A stretch of DNA of 41,240 nucleotides, from NCBI GenBank assembly GCA_048938445.1, contig JBHLME010000026.1:1-41240 (forward strand), in the 5' to 3' direction. Both the position numbers and the translations under genes were made by a program. This document shows, piece by piece, positions 30,304 through 39,940 of the stretch. The stretch's first letter is position 1; the number at the start of each line of letters is the position of its first letter. Under the pieces are notes generated by a model that saw only the letters and a program-made list of their open reading frames with translations, had not been told where the DNA came from and did not search any database. Origin of the DNA: Promethearchaeota archaeon (lineage in GTDB: Archaea > Asgardarchaeota > Lokiarchaeia > Sigyniarchaeales > SOKP01).

Positions 30304-30524
30304 TTTATTTTCACTAATTCAAGGAATTTTTCCAATGAAAGTAATTTTCATTATAAAAGAAGGTTCTATCTCATCTTTGTTTAATTGTTTTATAAAGTTA
30401 CCTATAATAAATTTTAAAAGGATGGTAAAATCTCGATGAATTTATTTAAAAGTAAGCAATTAGTATTGATTTTATTTGTAATTAATAACCAAATACCATA
30501 ATTGAATGAAGGTTTGATTTTTAA

Positions 30525-30557
30525 ATTTTGAAAAAAATGTATATTTTTTTTCAAAAT
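30525..30557. promoter_or_regulatory. 13-bp inverted repeat ATTTTGAAAAAAA-n7-TTTTTTTCAAAAT between divergent glgP and hppA
   Basis: Arms at 30525-30537 and 30545-30557; low complexity. Confidence 0.3.
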
Positions 30558-30643
30558 ATATGTTCTTTTAAAATTTTATACAAAGGTTTAAATTTGGAAT
30601 GGTCTGAAAGAGAATCAAAAATATTTTTAAAATTTGATATAAA

Positions 30644-32740
30644 ATGTTGCAAGACTTTGATTTAAGTAAAACTAATTTGATATTCACGTCGTTATATTGG
30701 ACTTTCTTGGTATTGACGATTCTACTTTCTATTTTTGGACTTATTTATATTACATATTTAATGAAAAAGATCAAAAACTTAGAAAGTGGTTCTGAAGAAA
30801 TGGTTAAAATCCATGAACTTATAAAATCGGGTTCTAATGCGTATTTAAAAAGACAATTCAAAACAATTAGCATAGTCTTAATTGTTCTTTTTGTGATACT
30901 TTTGATAATCAATGTCCCACTTGCTGTTGCTTTTATAATCGGTTCTGTTTCATCATTAGTAGCTAGTTATATCAGTATGGTTGCTTCTACAACATCTAAT
31001 GTTAAAGTTACCCACGCTTGTAAAAGTGATTTAAATCATGCTTTAAAAATAGGATTTAATGCCGGAATGGTTATTGGAGTTGCCGTGATTTCAATCTCTT
31101 TATTAGGAATCTGTATCCTCTATATCTTTTTTAATTTTACTGTAGTAAATATTTTGGGTTTTGGTTTTGGGGCTTCATTCTCCGCCCTTTTTGCTCAGTT
31201 AGGTGGTGGGATTTTTACTAAAGGAGCAGATATAGGTGCAGATTTAGTTGGAAAACTAGAATATGGGTTACCTGAAGATGATATAAGAAATCCTGCGGCT
31301 ATAGCAGATAATGTAGGAGATAATGTAGGTGATTGCGCAGGAAGAGGTGCTGATTTATATGAATCATCATCAGCAAATAATATTGCTGCTATGATTATTG
31401 GAGTTACTTTAAGTATAATAACAAATAATCCCCTTTTCATTATATTTTCATTAATTACTAGAGCATTTGGTAATATTGCAGCAATGATTGGAGGTCATTT
31501 TGTAAAAATAAAAAGAAATGACAAATCACCAATAGCAGCATTCGCAAGAGGACTCATAGTTACCGCAGTACTTAATATCTTAATCTTTTTGATATTAATC
31601 CTGATATGTTTTGATATTGGTTGGGTGTATCTATTTTTATGTGCAATAATCGGTATCACCTTAGGACTTTCAACATATTTTATTGTAGATTATTATACTT
31701 CTTCACGATATAAACCTGTTAAAGAAGTAATAAAAAATTCAGAAACAGGTGCAGCCACCAACGTTATAAGTGGATTTTCATTAGGATTAGAATCTCCTGC
31801 TGTTCCAGTCTTTACATTTATTATAGCAATCATAATTACATTTTTTCTAGGAAAACTATATGGAGATTCAAATGGTTTTAATCCATATATAGGGGGAGTC
31901 TTTGGAATAACCATTGCTACGTTGGGATTGTTATCCATAACAACCATAATATTAGCCTTTGATGGATTTGGACCTGTATCGGATAATGCTGCGGGTATTG
32001 CTGAGATGTCACATCAAGGAGAAGATGTGAGGTATAATCTAGACCGTTTAGATGCTGTGGGAAATACAACGAAAGCTTTAGCTAAGGGATTTGGAATAAC
32101 TTGCGCGGCACTGTCTGCAATAATCTTATTTGAAGCTTATTTAGAAGAAATAAATACTACTGATGTAAACATATATTCTCCAGTAATTTTATGTTCATTA
32201 TTAATAGGTGCTGTGATACCTTTTCTATTTTCTGCGTTAGCTATTAGGTCAGCAGGAAAATCAGCGTATGGAATGATAAAGGAAATACAACGCCAATTGG
32301 AAGAGAATCCCGGTATTATAGAAAATACATCACTCCCAGACTATGATGAATGTATTGATATAGGTACAAAAGTTGCTCTAAAACAAATGATCATTCCAGC
32401 TTTACTTTGCACATTGACGCCTATACTCGTTGGATTTCTTTTTGGTCCAGTTGCATTAGCTGCGTTTTTAATCTCAGGAACTATATCTGGAATAATACTT
32501 GGTTTTGTGTTGAATACTGGTGGAGGAGCCTTGGATAATACAAAAAAAGCAATTGAAGGAGGACTTTTAGGAGGAAAGGGATCTATTGCTCATGCTGCAT
32601 CGGTTGTAGGAGATACATTCGGAGATCCTTTAAAAGATACTGCTGGTCCATCACTCCATATTCTCGTGAAAGTGATAAATACAGTATCAATAGCATTCGC
32701 CCCTCTTTTCATTTTATATGGAGGATTAATATTTTTATAA
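30644..32740 (+). CDS. hppA: Membrane-bound pyrophosphatase (H+-PPase, K+-independent type)
   Basis: GGGIFTKGADIGADLVGK, DNVGDNVGD, GPVSDNAAG, GNTTKA, GDTFGDPLKDTAGPSL. Confidence 0.93.
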   Translation: MLQDFDLSKTNLIFTSLYWTFLVLTILLSIFGLIYITYLMKKIKNLESGSEEMVKIHELIKSGSNAYLKRQFKTISIVLIVLFVILLIINVPLAVAFIIGSVSSLVASYISMVASTTSNVKVTHACKSDLNHALKIGFNAGMVIGVAVISISLLGICILYIFFNFTVVNILGFGFGASFSALFAQLGGGIFTKGADIGADLVGKLEYGLPEDDIRNPAAIADNVGDNVGDCAGRGADLYESSSANNIAAMIIGVTLSIITNNPLFIIFSLITRAFGNIAAMIGGHFVKIKRNDKSPIAAFARGLIVTAVLNILIFLILILICFDIGWVYLFLCAIIGITLGLSTYFIVDYYTSSRYKPVKEVIKNSETGAATNVISGFSLGLESPAVPVFTFIIAIIITFFLGKLYGDSNGFNPYIGGVFGITIATLGLLSITTIILAFDGFGPVSDNAAGIAEMSHQGEDVRYNLDRLDAVGNTTKALAKGFGITCAALSAIILFEAYLEEINTTDVNIYSPVILCSLLIGAVIPFLFSALAIRSAGKSAYGMIKEIQRQLEENPGIIENTSLPDYDECIDIGTKVALKQMIIPALLCTLTPILVGFLFGPVALAAFLISGTISGIILGFVLNTGGGALDNTKKAIEGGLLGGKGSIAHAASVVGDTFGDPLKDTAGPSLHILVKVINTVSIAFAPLFILYGGLIFL

Positions 32741-32773
32741 AGGGTAAACAAAAATCAAACATAAAAACACTTT

Positions 32774-32818
32774 TGTAGATGCTAAATGTTAGATGATTTG
32801 TATCTACATTTTTTTTTT
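32774..32818 (+). terminator. Hairpin plus poly-T downstream of hppA
   Basis: TGTAGATGC...GTATCTACA stem followed by T10. Confidence 0.5.
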
Positions 32819-32925
32819 ATACTTGTATAAACTTGGAATTTGGTTAAACTATAATCATATTTAATTTACATAATCTATTTTTCAAGATTAAATTGAGTTA
32901 TTTTTATATTAAATAAAAGTTAAAA

Positions 32926-34185
32926 TTGAAGAAACAAAACTTTCTTAATATGAGCGAAAATGGAACAAAAGAAAGGTTATATAATTTTGTTAAAAAATTT
33001 AGTTTTCCCCGTCTTGCAGGAACTTTCGGAGAAAAGGAAGCAGTTGATCTAACATTTGATACCTTTAAATCAATTGGCTATGATAAAGAAGAAATTATTA
33101 GACAATCTTTCAATTTCTCAACATTTTATTCAGAAGTTTTTATTAAGATTATCATAATTATGAATATCATATCAATAGCGATTTTATTATTAATAAAATA
33201 TATTTTACCATTTTTTACTATTATTTTCATTGGGATAATTCTTTTAATTTTTATATCAATGAACAAAGTCTTTAAGCATCCCGAACTTAAGGGATTTTGG
33301 GAGAATAATTTTGGAAAAACTTTTTCTGCCACTAATGTATTTACAAAGGTATGTGCTAGTGCTCTTCCTACTAAAATAGCTGGAGATATTATTGTATCAG
33401 CTCATTTAGATTCAAAATCTCAAACTTATGTAACATTTTGGAGAGTAAAATTTTTTAAAATATGGTTATATGGTGAGATATCATTAGTATTTTTTTATCT
33501 CATTTATCTAATTGACTATCATCAATTGGTTACAGTTTTTTGGCCGTTAATCTATTTTATAGAATTTGGGATCATTATAACAACTGGTTTAGTAATTACA
33601 TCAAATATTTTTCTTTTATTTTTAAAAATTGAAAATAAATCTCCTGGCGCACTAGATAATGCAACAGGCATGGCAATTGTTTTCGAATTAAGCTCTTTAT
33701 TTAGAGTTAATCCTTTAAAAAATTTTAATATCTGGTTTTGTCAATTTTCTGCAGAAGAAATAGGTACAATGGGCTCAAGGAATTTTATTGATACTTATAC
33801 AAAAAATTTTAACAAAAAAAAAAAATTCCTAATCAATTTTGACATGATCTCTGCTAAAAATGAGAAAAATAACTGTTTAGAATTTATAGAATCATATGGT
33901 ATGTTCCCAAGGAAAAAAATTTCACCTCTTCTAAGTAATTTTATTGAGAAAGCAGTTAATAAAATGAATTTAACAATAAAAAAAATTCATGTTTCCATAG
34001 GAGCTCATACAGACTCCATCCCCTTTCATTTAAAAGATTTTGATACAGTTGATTTTATAACAAAATCTGCAGCTAAATATGCTCATAGTAAAAAAGATAC
34101 CCCAGATAAGGTAGATTATCAAATTTTATATGAGACATGTAAAATAATTCATAGATTTATATTAATGCTCGATAAAAATTATTAA
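32926..34185 (+). CDS. M28 family Zn metallopeptidase with inserted TM hairpins (start TTG 32926 or ATG 32950)
   Basis: PRLAGT, SAHLDSK, GALDNATG, AEEIG, NFDM, TD, AH..DT. Confidence 0.85.
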   Translation: MKKQNFLNMSENGTKERLYNFVKKFSFPRLAGTFGEKEAVDLTFDTFKSIGYDKEEIIRQSFNFSTFYSEVFIKIIIIMNIISIAILLLIKYILPFFTIIFIGIILLIFISMNKVFKHPELKGFWENNFGKTFSATNVFTKVCASALPTKIAGDIIVSAHLDSKSQTYVTFWRVKFFKIWLYGEISLVFFYLIYLIDYHQLVTVFWPLIYFIEFGIIITTGLVITSNIFLLFLKIENKSPGALDNATGMAIVFELSSLFRVNPLKNFNIWFCQFSAEEIGTMGSRNFIDTYTKNFNKKKKFLINFDMISAKNEKNNCLEFIESYGMFPRKKISPLLSNFIEKAVNKMNLTIKKIHVSIGAHTDSIPFHLKDFDTVDFITKSAAKYAHSKKDTPDKVDYQILYETCKIIHRFILMLDKNY

Positions 34186-34243
34186 TGATGAAATAAAGAA
34201 ATTTTATCTTACTTTTTAATTCAAAAAAGTTATGTTATTTGTT

Positions 34244-34558
34244 TTAATAATTATATTTCTTTAAAATATAATCTAAAATGTTTTTTTCAATTTTTTTTTT
34301 AATTTCTGTAATTTCTTCGGGTTTTATCTCAAGCTCTTCGATTAAATTTGCCTTTTCGGCTTCTAATTCATACAATAATATTATTTCTTCTTCCAGTTCA
34401 AAACTTTCAAAGACTTGATCATATGCTTCAAATGGATTTAATCCATTTTCTATTTTATTTTGAATTTTATTTAATATTTTATTGTGACAAATTTCAACAA
34501 CTTTATTCTTTACATTTTCTCTTTTTTTTTTTTGAGTCAGTTCTGAAATAGGTATCAT
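34244..34558 (-). CDS. Small helical acidic hypothetical protein
   Basis: 104-aa ORF downstream of the GTPase in the same orientation; GAAGG upstream. Confidence 0.55.
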   Translation of the reverse strand: MIPISELTQKKKRENVKNKVVEICHNKILNKIQNKIENGLNPFEAYDQVFESFELEEEIILLYELEAEKANLIEELEIKPEEITEIKKKIEKNILDYILKKYNY

Positions 34559-34612
34559 CCTTCTCTATAGTTTATATGAATATTATACATTAAAGAAATT
34601 AAATAAATACCT

Positions 34613-35203
34613 CTAATATATATGGACTTTATCTAATACAGTATAAATTGTTGTTTTATAGATTTCATAATAATAATTTGTGGGAATTAATTCTTTAATT
34701 CTTGAGATAAGATTGTCAATTACTATTTTATTAATATCGGGAAATTTATCATAAAGATCATGATCATTTTTATGAAGAAAAACTGTAACCTCTACCTTAA
34801 TATTTAAAAGCTTTAAATTATCTATAATTTTTTTAAAATAACTTAATGCTTTATTATATTTATTCATATCTTGAATATCAATAACAAAAAATAATTCCTC
34901 AGTATCAGTAATGTAATTTTTAAAATTATCCAAATATTCTTTAATAGAATTATCTTGTCCGCCAAGATCCCAAAGGATAAAATTCAAATCTCCTTTTTTT
35001 AGCGATTTTATATCATATCCTTTTGTGGGATTAATCTTAATATATTCTAATAAATTGTCTTTTCCTAATATATTTAAAATTATGGATGTTTTTCCGCTAT
35101 TTTCTAATCCCATAACTAAGATTTTTTTTCCAATCTCTTCTACTTCTATTTTATCTGTTGGATCCATTTTAAGTTTAATTTCTTTTAAATTTAAAGTATT
35201 CAT
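34613..35203 (-). CDS. Ras-superfamily small GTPase (Arf/Rag-like)
   Basis: G1 GLENSGKTS, G2 PTKG, G3 WDLGGQ, G4 HKND, G5-like KTTIY. Confidence 0.88.
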   Translation of the reverse strand: MNTLNLKEIKLKMDPTDKIEVEEIGKKILVMGLENSGKTSIILNILGKDNLLEYIKINPTKGYDIKSLKKGDLNFILWDLGGQDNSIKEYLDNFKNYITDTEELFFVIDIQDMNKYNKALSYFKKIIDNLKLLNIKVEVTVFLHKNDHDLYDKFPDINKIVIDNLISRIKELIPTNYYYEIYKTTIYTVLDKVHIY

Positions 35204-35538
35204 TATTTCAAAATATCAATATTATTAGAATCTGTTAAATTATGGAATTTCTTACTGTGCTGTTCGATGACATATGAATTTACAGCAGATATGACTCTAA
35301 AAATATTTTGATTTTTTATTAAATAATATTTAAGCCCTTCAATTCTAGTATGGGAGATTATATCTGAACGCTCTAATTGTTTTAATTGTTGAGATGTGTA
35401 AGATTGACTAATATTTAAAGCATTTTTAATTTCCCTTGCTGTTTTCTTTTCTTTTTTCAGAAATTTTACTATATTTAATTTAATTGGATCACTTAAAATT
35501 TTTAAAAATTCTGAAGTCTCAATAGTTAATTCATCCAT
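35203..35538 (-). CDS. ArsR-family winged-HTH transcriptional regulator
   Basis: LKILSDPIKLNIVKFL...ISQSYTSQQLKQLERSDII; its stop overlaps the GTPase start (TAATG). Confidence 0.88.
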   Translation of the reverse strand: MDELTIETSEFLKILSDPIKLNIVKFLKKEKKTAREIKNALNISQSYTSQQLKQLERSDIISHTRIEGLKYYLIKNQNIFRVISAVNSYVIEQHSKKFHNLTDSNNIDILK

Positions 35539-35647
35539 ATTATACGCTTTTTTAGTAAAAATGTGAATCTAATAAATTTTTATATTCTCTACTAAAATCT
35601 TCGAGACATATAGTTTTTAAATATTAGTATTAAAATTTATAATTTAC

Positions 35648-35703
35648 TAATATCGCAATATTGTAATATTGTAAAACAGCAATATTTAAATATCTCAATA
35701 TTC
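35648..35703. repeat. Seven tandem 8-bp units (consensus YAATATTG), candidate operator array
   Basis: taatatcg caatattg taatattg taaaacag caatattt aaatatct caatattc. Confidence 0.65.
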
Positions 35704-35757
35704 TATAATTATAATAATAACATCCAATTAGTAATTATTTTAAAAATAGTCTGAATA

Positions 35758-35931
35758 ATGAAAAAATACTTAGAGTTTGATAAGATAGAGAAAATCTTTT
35801 ATACAAATTACTTTTTAGAGGATATTAGTTTAAATGTTAAGGTTCCAGCAGAACCATTAAAAAATCCTGATGTTGACATAAAAATTGAAAAATTTACAAT
35901 CAAAAATTCTGTTTACCTAACAGATTTTTAA
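35758..35931 (+). CDS. Putative small protein (57 aa; not in ORF track)
   Basis: MKKYLEFDKIEKIFYTNYFLEDISLNVKVPAEPLKNPDVDIKIEKFTIKNSVYLTDF*. It fills the gap between a TATA-like box and the Lrp gene. Confidence 0.5.
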   Translation: MKKYLEFDKIEKIFYTNYFLEDISLNVKVPAEPLKNPDVDIKIEKFTIKNSVYLTDF

Positions 35932-35972
35932 AATTTTTACTATATTGAGATAAAAAAAAGAGGTAAAGAAAA

Positions 35973-36455
35973 ATGCTAGCTAAAAATATGGGAATAGATG
36001 AAATAGATGAAAAAATTATTGAGATATTGCAAAAAGAACCCAACCTAACACATACCGTTATTGCTAAAAAAGTAAATAGAAGTCAACCTACGATTGGACA
36101 TAGAATTAAAAAGTTAGTGGATTCAGGACTCCTTTCGTACCATGCCGGTCTTAATTTAAAAAATATTGACTTATGCTCTGCGAAGGTTGAAATAAAAACA
36201 AATAATCCAGAACATGTTAATAATGTCATTAATCATTGCCCCCATATGATTCATGCTTTAGAAATAAGTGGTCAAAATAACTTCGAGATAATTATAATTT
36301 CTGAACAACTTAAAGATCTTGATAAAATTGTAAATTATCATTTTAGAAATAATCCGGAAATTAAAAAGGTAAAAATGGAAGTTATTCTTGATATTTACAA
36401 TGATTTAATTATTCCAATAAGTCCTTTTAAGGACAATTGTAGGTGTACCATGTAA
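35973..36455 (+). CDS. Lrp/AsnC family transcriptional regulator
   Basis: IDEIDEKIIEILQ..IAKKVNRSQPTIGHRIKKL HTH; C-terminal RAM-like domain; GAGGT SD. Confidence 0.9.
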   Translation: MLAKNMGIDEIDEKIIEILQKEPNLTHTVIAKKVNRSQPTIGHRIKKLVDSGLLSYHAGLNLKNIDLCSAKVEIKTNNPEHVNNVINHCPHMIHALEISGQNNFEIIIISEQLKDLDKIVNYHFRNNPEIKKVKMEVILDIYNDLIIPISPFKDNCRCTM

Positions 36456-36512
36456 TTAAATGAATCAATTTATATTAAATAAAATTAAAAATACAATTTA
36501 GGTATTAAAAAG

Positions 36513-37439
36513 ATGACATATTGTAAAGAAAAAATTGATAATTGGGCTTCAATCAGACCTCAAAAAGATAATATCTGTTGTTTCAACCCAAATATAATAC
36601 AGGATAATGGGTATTACGTATGTACAAATTGTGGGATTATTCATTCAAGAATTATTGAAGAAAGAACAAGGATAATATATAAAACAGCGGAAAAAAAAGC
36701 GAAGCAATCAAATGAACGAGTTTATCTTCCAATCGGATCTAGAACTGTAATTAAGGGCTATAGGGATGGAAAGGGAAATTTATTAACTCCAAAATCCAAA
36801 TCAGATTTTGAAAGATTAGCTAAAATTAATAGAGGTTTTACAAATGGTTTTGAACGTAATCTTTTGATTGCATTACCAATATTTAATAGATTAAAGTTTT
36901 TATTCAATATTCCTGACTATGTTGCAAAAGATGCATATAAAATTTATAGGTTTGCTGCAAAACGAAAAATGACAAGGGGACGTAGTATAGAGGCATTGAG
37001 TATAGCTTCAATTTATTGTTCACTTCGTATAAATAATATTCCCATATTGTTGGACAATATTATTAAAAATACCAACATAACGAAAAGAGAATTTTTTATT
37101 AGTTTTAAAGTGCTATTCAGAGAAGTTTTGCCTAATTTAAACTTAAGATTTAAAACTATTAGCCCAATAAAATATATAGATAAATTTATTAAAGAAATGA
37201 ATAAATCAATGGAATGTAGACAGATCGCAATCGATCTCATAGAAAATAGTAAGCAGCATGGATTTGTTACATCTGGAAAAGATCCAAAGGGGATAGCTGC
37301 TGCATCCTTGTATTTGTCTGCTAGAAAATGCGAAGAAACTTTAATTCAGAAAGATATTTGTAAGTTGGCTAATATTTCCGAGGTCACGATGAGAGCAAGA
37401 ATGTATGAATTAATAAAATTTAGTTCTCCTACAAAATAA
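36513..37439 (+). CDS. tfb: Transcription initiation factor IIB (TFB) paralog
   Basis: Zn ribbon CC...VCTNCG; cyclin repeats RGRSIEAL, SGKDPKGIAAASLY, ISEVTMRAR. Confidence 0.9.
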   Translation: MTYCKEKIDNWASIRPQKDNICCFNPNIIQDNGYYVCTNCGIIHSRIIEERTRIIYKTAEKKAKQSNERVYLPIGSRTVIKGYRDGKGNLLTPKSKSDFERLAKINRGFTNGFERNLLIALPIFNRLKFLFNIPDYVAKDAYKIYRFAAKRKMTRGRSIEALSIASIYCSLRINNIPILLDNIIKNTNITKREFFISFKVLFREVLPNLNLRFKTISPIKYIDKFIKEMNKSMECRQIAIDLIENSKQHGFVTSGKDPKGIAAASLYLSARKCEETLIQKDICKLANISEVTMRARMYELIKFSSPTK

Positions 37440-37478
37440 AAAGTATTAGACCAATTCAAATTCTTTAAAATATTTTGT

Positions 37479-37976
37479 TTATTCTTCATACAATTGAATC
37501 ATCAGGTTAAAAATTATATTACTTTCACTTTTATCAATCAAGAATTCGCGCCAATTGATATGTTCTTCAAGCCCCAACTCAAATCCAAGATCACTTTTGG
37601 TCTCACCAATATATTTATAATCACTCTCCTCAACCCATTTCCATATATTAGGCCATTCTTGAACCAATTCCTCAAATCCCTCACATTTAGTTATTGCATA
37701 AAGGCCTCCAGGAATGATCGTAATATTAATATCCTTTTCAATCTCTATGTCTGGAGTAACTGTTATATAATAACCATATCCATGTGGTTCAGGATTTTCA
37801 GTAGGGTAAATATTTCGTCCAAATACTCTAATATTTGATTTCTTTTTTAATAAATCTTTTTTTTCTAACCATTTTTCAGCTTTTTCCCACGCATCTTCTT
37901 CAGGGCTTTCTGAGAAGGAATAAAAAACAGCAGTTCTAATGGATTTTATATTTTTAACTTTAATATTATCACTCAT
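37479..37976 (-). CDS. GyrI-like small-molecule (effector) binding protein
   Basis: ESPEEDAWEK, RVFGRN, IPGGLYA, W..IWKWVEESDY, LEE. Confidence 0.8.
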   Translation of the reverse strand: MSDNIKVKNIKSIRTAVFYSFSESPEEDAWEKAEKWLEKKDLLKKKSNIRVFGRNIYPTENPEPHGYGYYITVTPDIEIEKDINITIIPGGLYAITKCEGFEELVQEWPNIWKWVEESDYKYIGETKSDLGFELGLEEHINWREFLIDKSESNIIFNLMIQLYEE

Positions 37977-38053
37977 TAGATTTCACCTAATATAATAATA
38001 ACTTTTTTATATTAATTATTTAAACAATTCTACTATTGATATAATAAATAGGT

Positions 38054-38506
38054 CTACTGATTTTTTAAATCATAATAGTATTTTTTTTGACAGAAGTTAT
38101 CACAAAAAATAGGATTGGATTGATTCAACCAAATCGATTTTAATTCATGTATCTTGAGATAATTATTGGTTTTGCCATATTTGTATAAATCGATTTGTGA
38201 ATTACATTTTTCACAATTTCTAAAAGGTAATAACTTTTCGATTTGTTTTAGTTCATGTATCTTTAAATATTTAAAACATTCGCAGCAGTGAAATTCCAAC
38301 ATCGGTGCTTGCCATAATTTTAAGATATATTCAGGTGAAAACTCAAGATTATCGCTCAAAAAATCATAAATATTTAACGATTTTCCACATCCAAAACAAG
38401 TACGTTTCTTGAAATTCTGTGTTTCTTGTATAAAACTCCTTAGTTTCTTGATTTTTTCCCAGAGCGTAGCATTATTAATTTTCCTAAAATACATAAGAGT
38501 ACCCAT
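38054..38506 (-). CDS. Cys-rich protein with duplicated Zn-finger-like unit
   Basis: CFGC..CCEC and CEKC..CDNFC; YLKIHELK occurs twice. Confidence 0.7.
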   Translation of the reverse strand: MGTLMYFRKINNATLWEKIKKLRSFIQETQNFKKRTCFGCGKSLNIYDFLSDNLEFSPEYILKLWQAPMLEFHCCECFKYLKIHELKQIEKLLPFRNCEKCNSQIDLYKYGKTNNYLKIHELKSIWLNQSNPIFCDNFCQKKYYYDLKNQ

Positions 38507-38699
38507 ACCCCGCTAAAATTATTTTTATTCAATTAAATAATATTAATGACCAGCTTTATAGTATTGCTTTTTTTCACATAAGAAGATAATTATGATTTAT
38601 AGCATTTTTATTATTAAAGGATATATAAAGAATTATAGATTTAATTACTAAGGTCAATTTAGTTATTCTAATTGTAAAATTATTTCAGAGTCTACAATA

Positions 38700-39266
38700 A
38701 TGTCGATAGTAATAGAAAATTTAAAGGAGGCAATAATTGGAGAAAGTAATGCTAAAAGGAAATATGAGCTCTTTGCAGAACAAGCAAAGAAAGAAAATCT
38801 TGGAGAAATTAGTCATCTATTTAATGCAGTGGCATTTGCAGAGAGTATTCATATAAAGAATCACGTAAAGGCACTTTCTACTATTTTAAGTAATCCTATT
38901 AATCCTGAAGATTTTGTTGTAATTAATGAAGACGAACTAAAAAGCAAGGTAAAAGATACACGCTCCAATCTTATTGATGCGATTAATGGAGAAACTTATG
39001 AATTTAAAAAAATGTATAAAAACTTTATAAAAAATGCTCGAAAGAATGGGGAAGATGTCGCAGAACTCTCCATTGATTTGGCAAGGAAAGCAGAAAACGT
39101 GCATCGAAAATTATATTCAAGATTCTTAAAAAAGCTCGAGAAAAATCAAAGTGTTGAACCTTTAGAAATTTACATTTGCTCGATTTGTGGCAATGTAGAG
39201 TTAAATAATATCCCGAATGTTTGTCCAATATGCGATCACTCACAAAAGTACTTTATAACAAAATAA
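38700..39266 (+). CDS. rbr: Rubrerythrin
   Basis: GESNA, AESIH, GETYE, AENVH and C-terminal CSICG..CPIC. Confidence 0.92.
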   Translation: MSIVIENLKEAIIGESNAKRKYELFAEQAKKENLGEISHLFNAVAFAESIHIKNHVKALSTILSNPINPEDFVVINEDELKSKVKDTRSNLIDAINGETYEFKKMYKNFIKNARKNGEDVAELSIDLARKAENVHRKLYSRFLKKLEKNQSVEPLEIYICSICGNVELNNIPNVCPICDHSQKYFITK

Positions 39267-39372
39267 TTTGTTTGAAATTCAATTATATAAGATTTATAAT
39301 CTATAAAAAGAATAATTAAATTGTTCTATAGATTAATTAATCCAATAAAATAATTCGAAATAATGATTTATA

Positions 39373-39876
39373 ATGACTAAAACAGAAGATAATTTAAAAG
39401 AAGCATTTGCGGGAGAGAGCCAGGCAAACAGAAAATATTTAGCCTTTGCAGAACAAGCTGAAAAAGATAGTTTGCCTCAGATCGCAAAATTATTCCGAGC
39501 AGCGGCTGCTGCAGAAACAGTTCATGCCCATAATCACTTAAGAGTGTTAGGTGGGATAAAATCCACGGTTGAAAATCTTAAGGCTGCTATCGGTGGGGAA
39601 CACTATGAATTTACTAGTATGTATCCTCAATTTATAGAAGATGCAAAATCTCAAGGAAATAAACAAGCTGAAAGAAGTTTTAATTTAGCAAATCAAGTGG
39701 AAAAAATACATCATGGTCTTTATGAGAAAGCTTTAGAAGCTGCTGAGAGTGGTAAAGATTTAAAAGCTCAAAAAATAAGTATTTGCTCTGTCTGTGGCTA
39801 TACTCATGAAGGAGAACCCCCAGAAAAATGTCCCGTGTGTGGAGCTCCCAAAGATAAATTTAAAAAAATTGAATGA
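39373..39876 (+). CDS. rbr: Rubrerythrin
   Basis: AFAGESQANRKY, AETVHA, GEHYE, VEKIH and CSVCGY..PEKCPVC. Confidence 0.95.
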   Translation: MTKTEDNLKEAFAGESQANRKYLAFAEQAEKDSLPQIAKLFRAAAAAETVHAHNHLRVLGGIKSTVENLKAAIGGEHYEFTSMYPQFIEDAKSQGNKQAERSFNLANQVEKIHHGLYEKALEAAESGKDLKAQKISICSVCGYTHEGEPPEKCPVCGAPKDKFKKIE

Positions 39877-39940
39877 AGATTTTTTTTATCTTTAATTTTT
39901 TTCTCTATTATCAAATAATCACATTTATCCATTAAAATCG

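Noticed and set aside
38568-38584. 17-bp inverted match to ~9937-9953 (TTCTTATGTGAAAAAAA) as element ends
   Set aside because: Low complexity, no transposase or target-site duplication, and housekeeping genes lie between.
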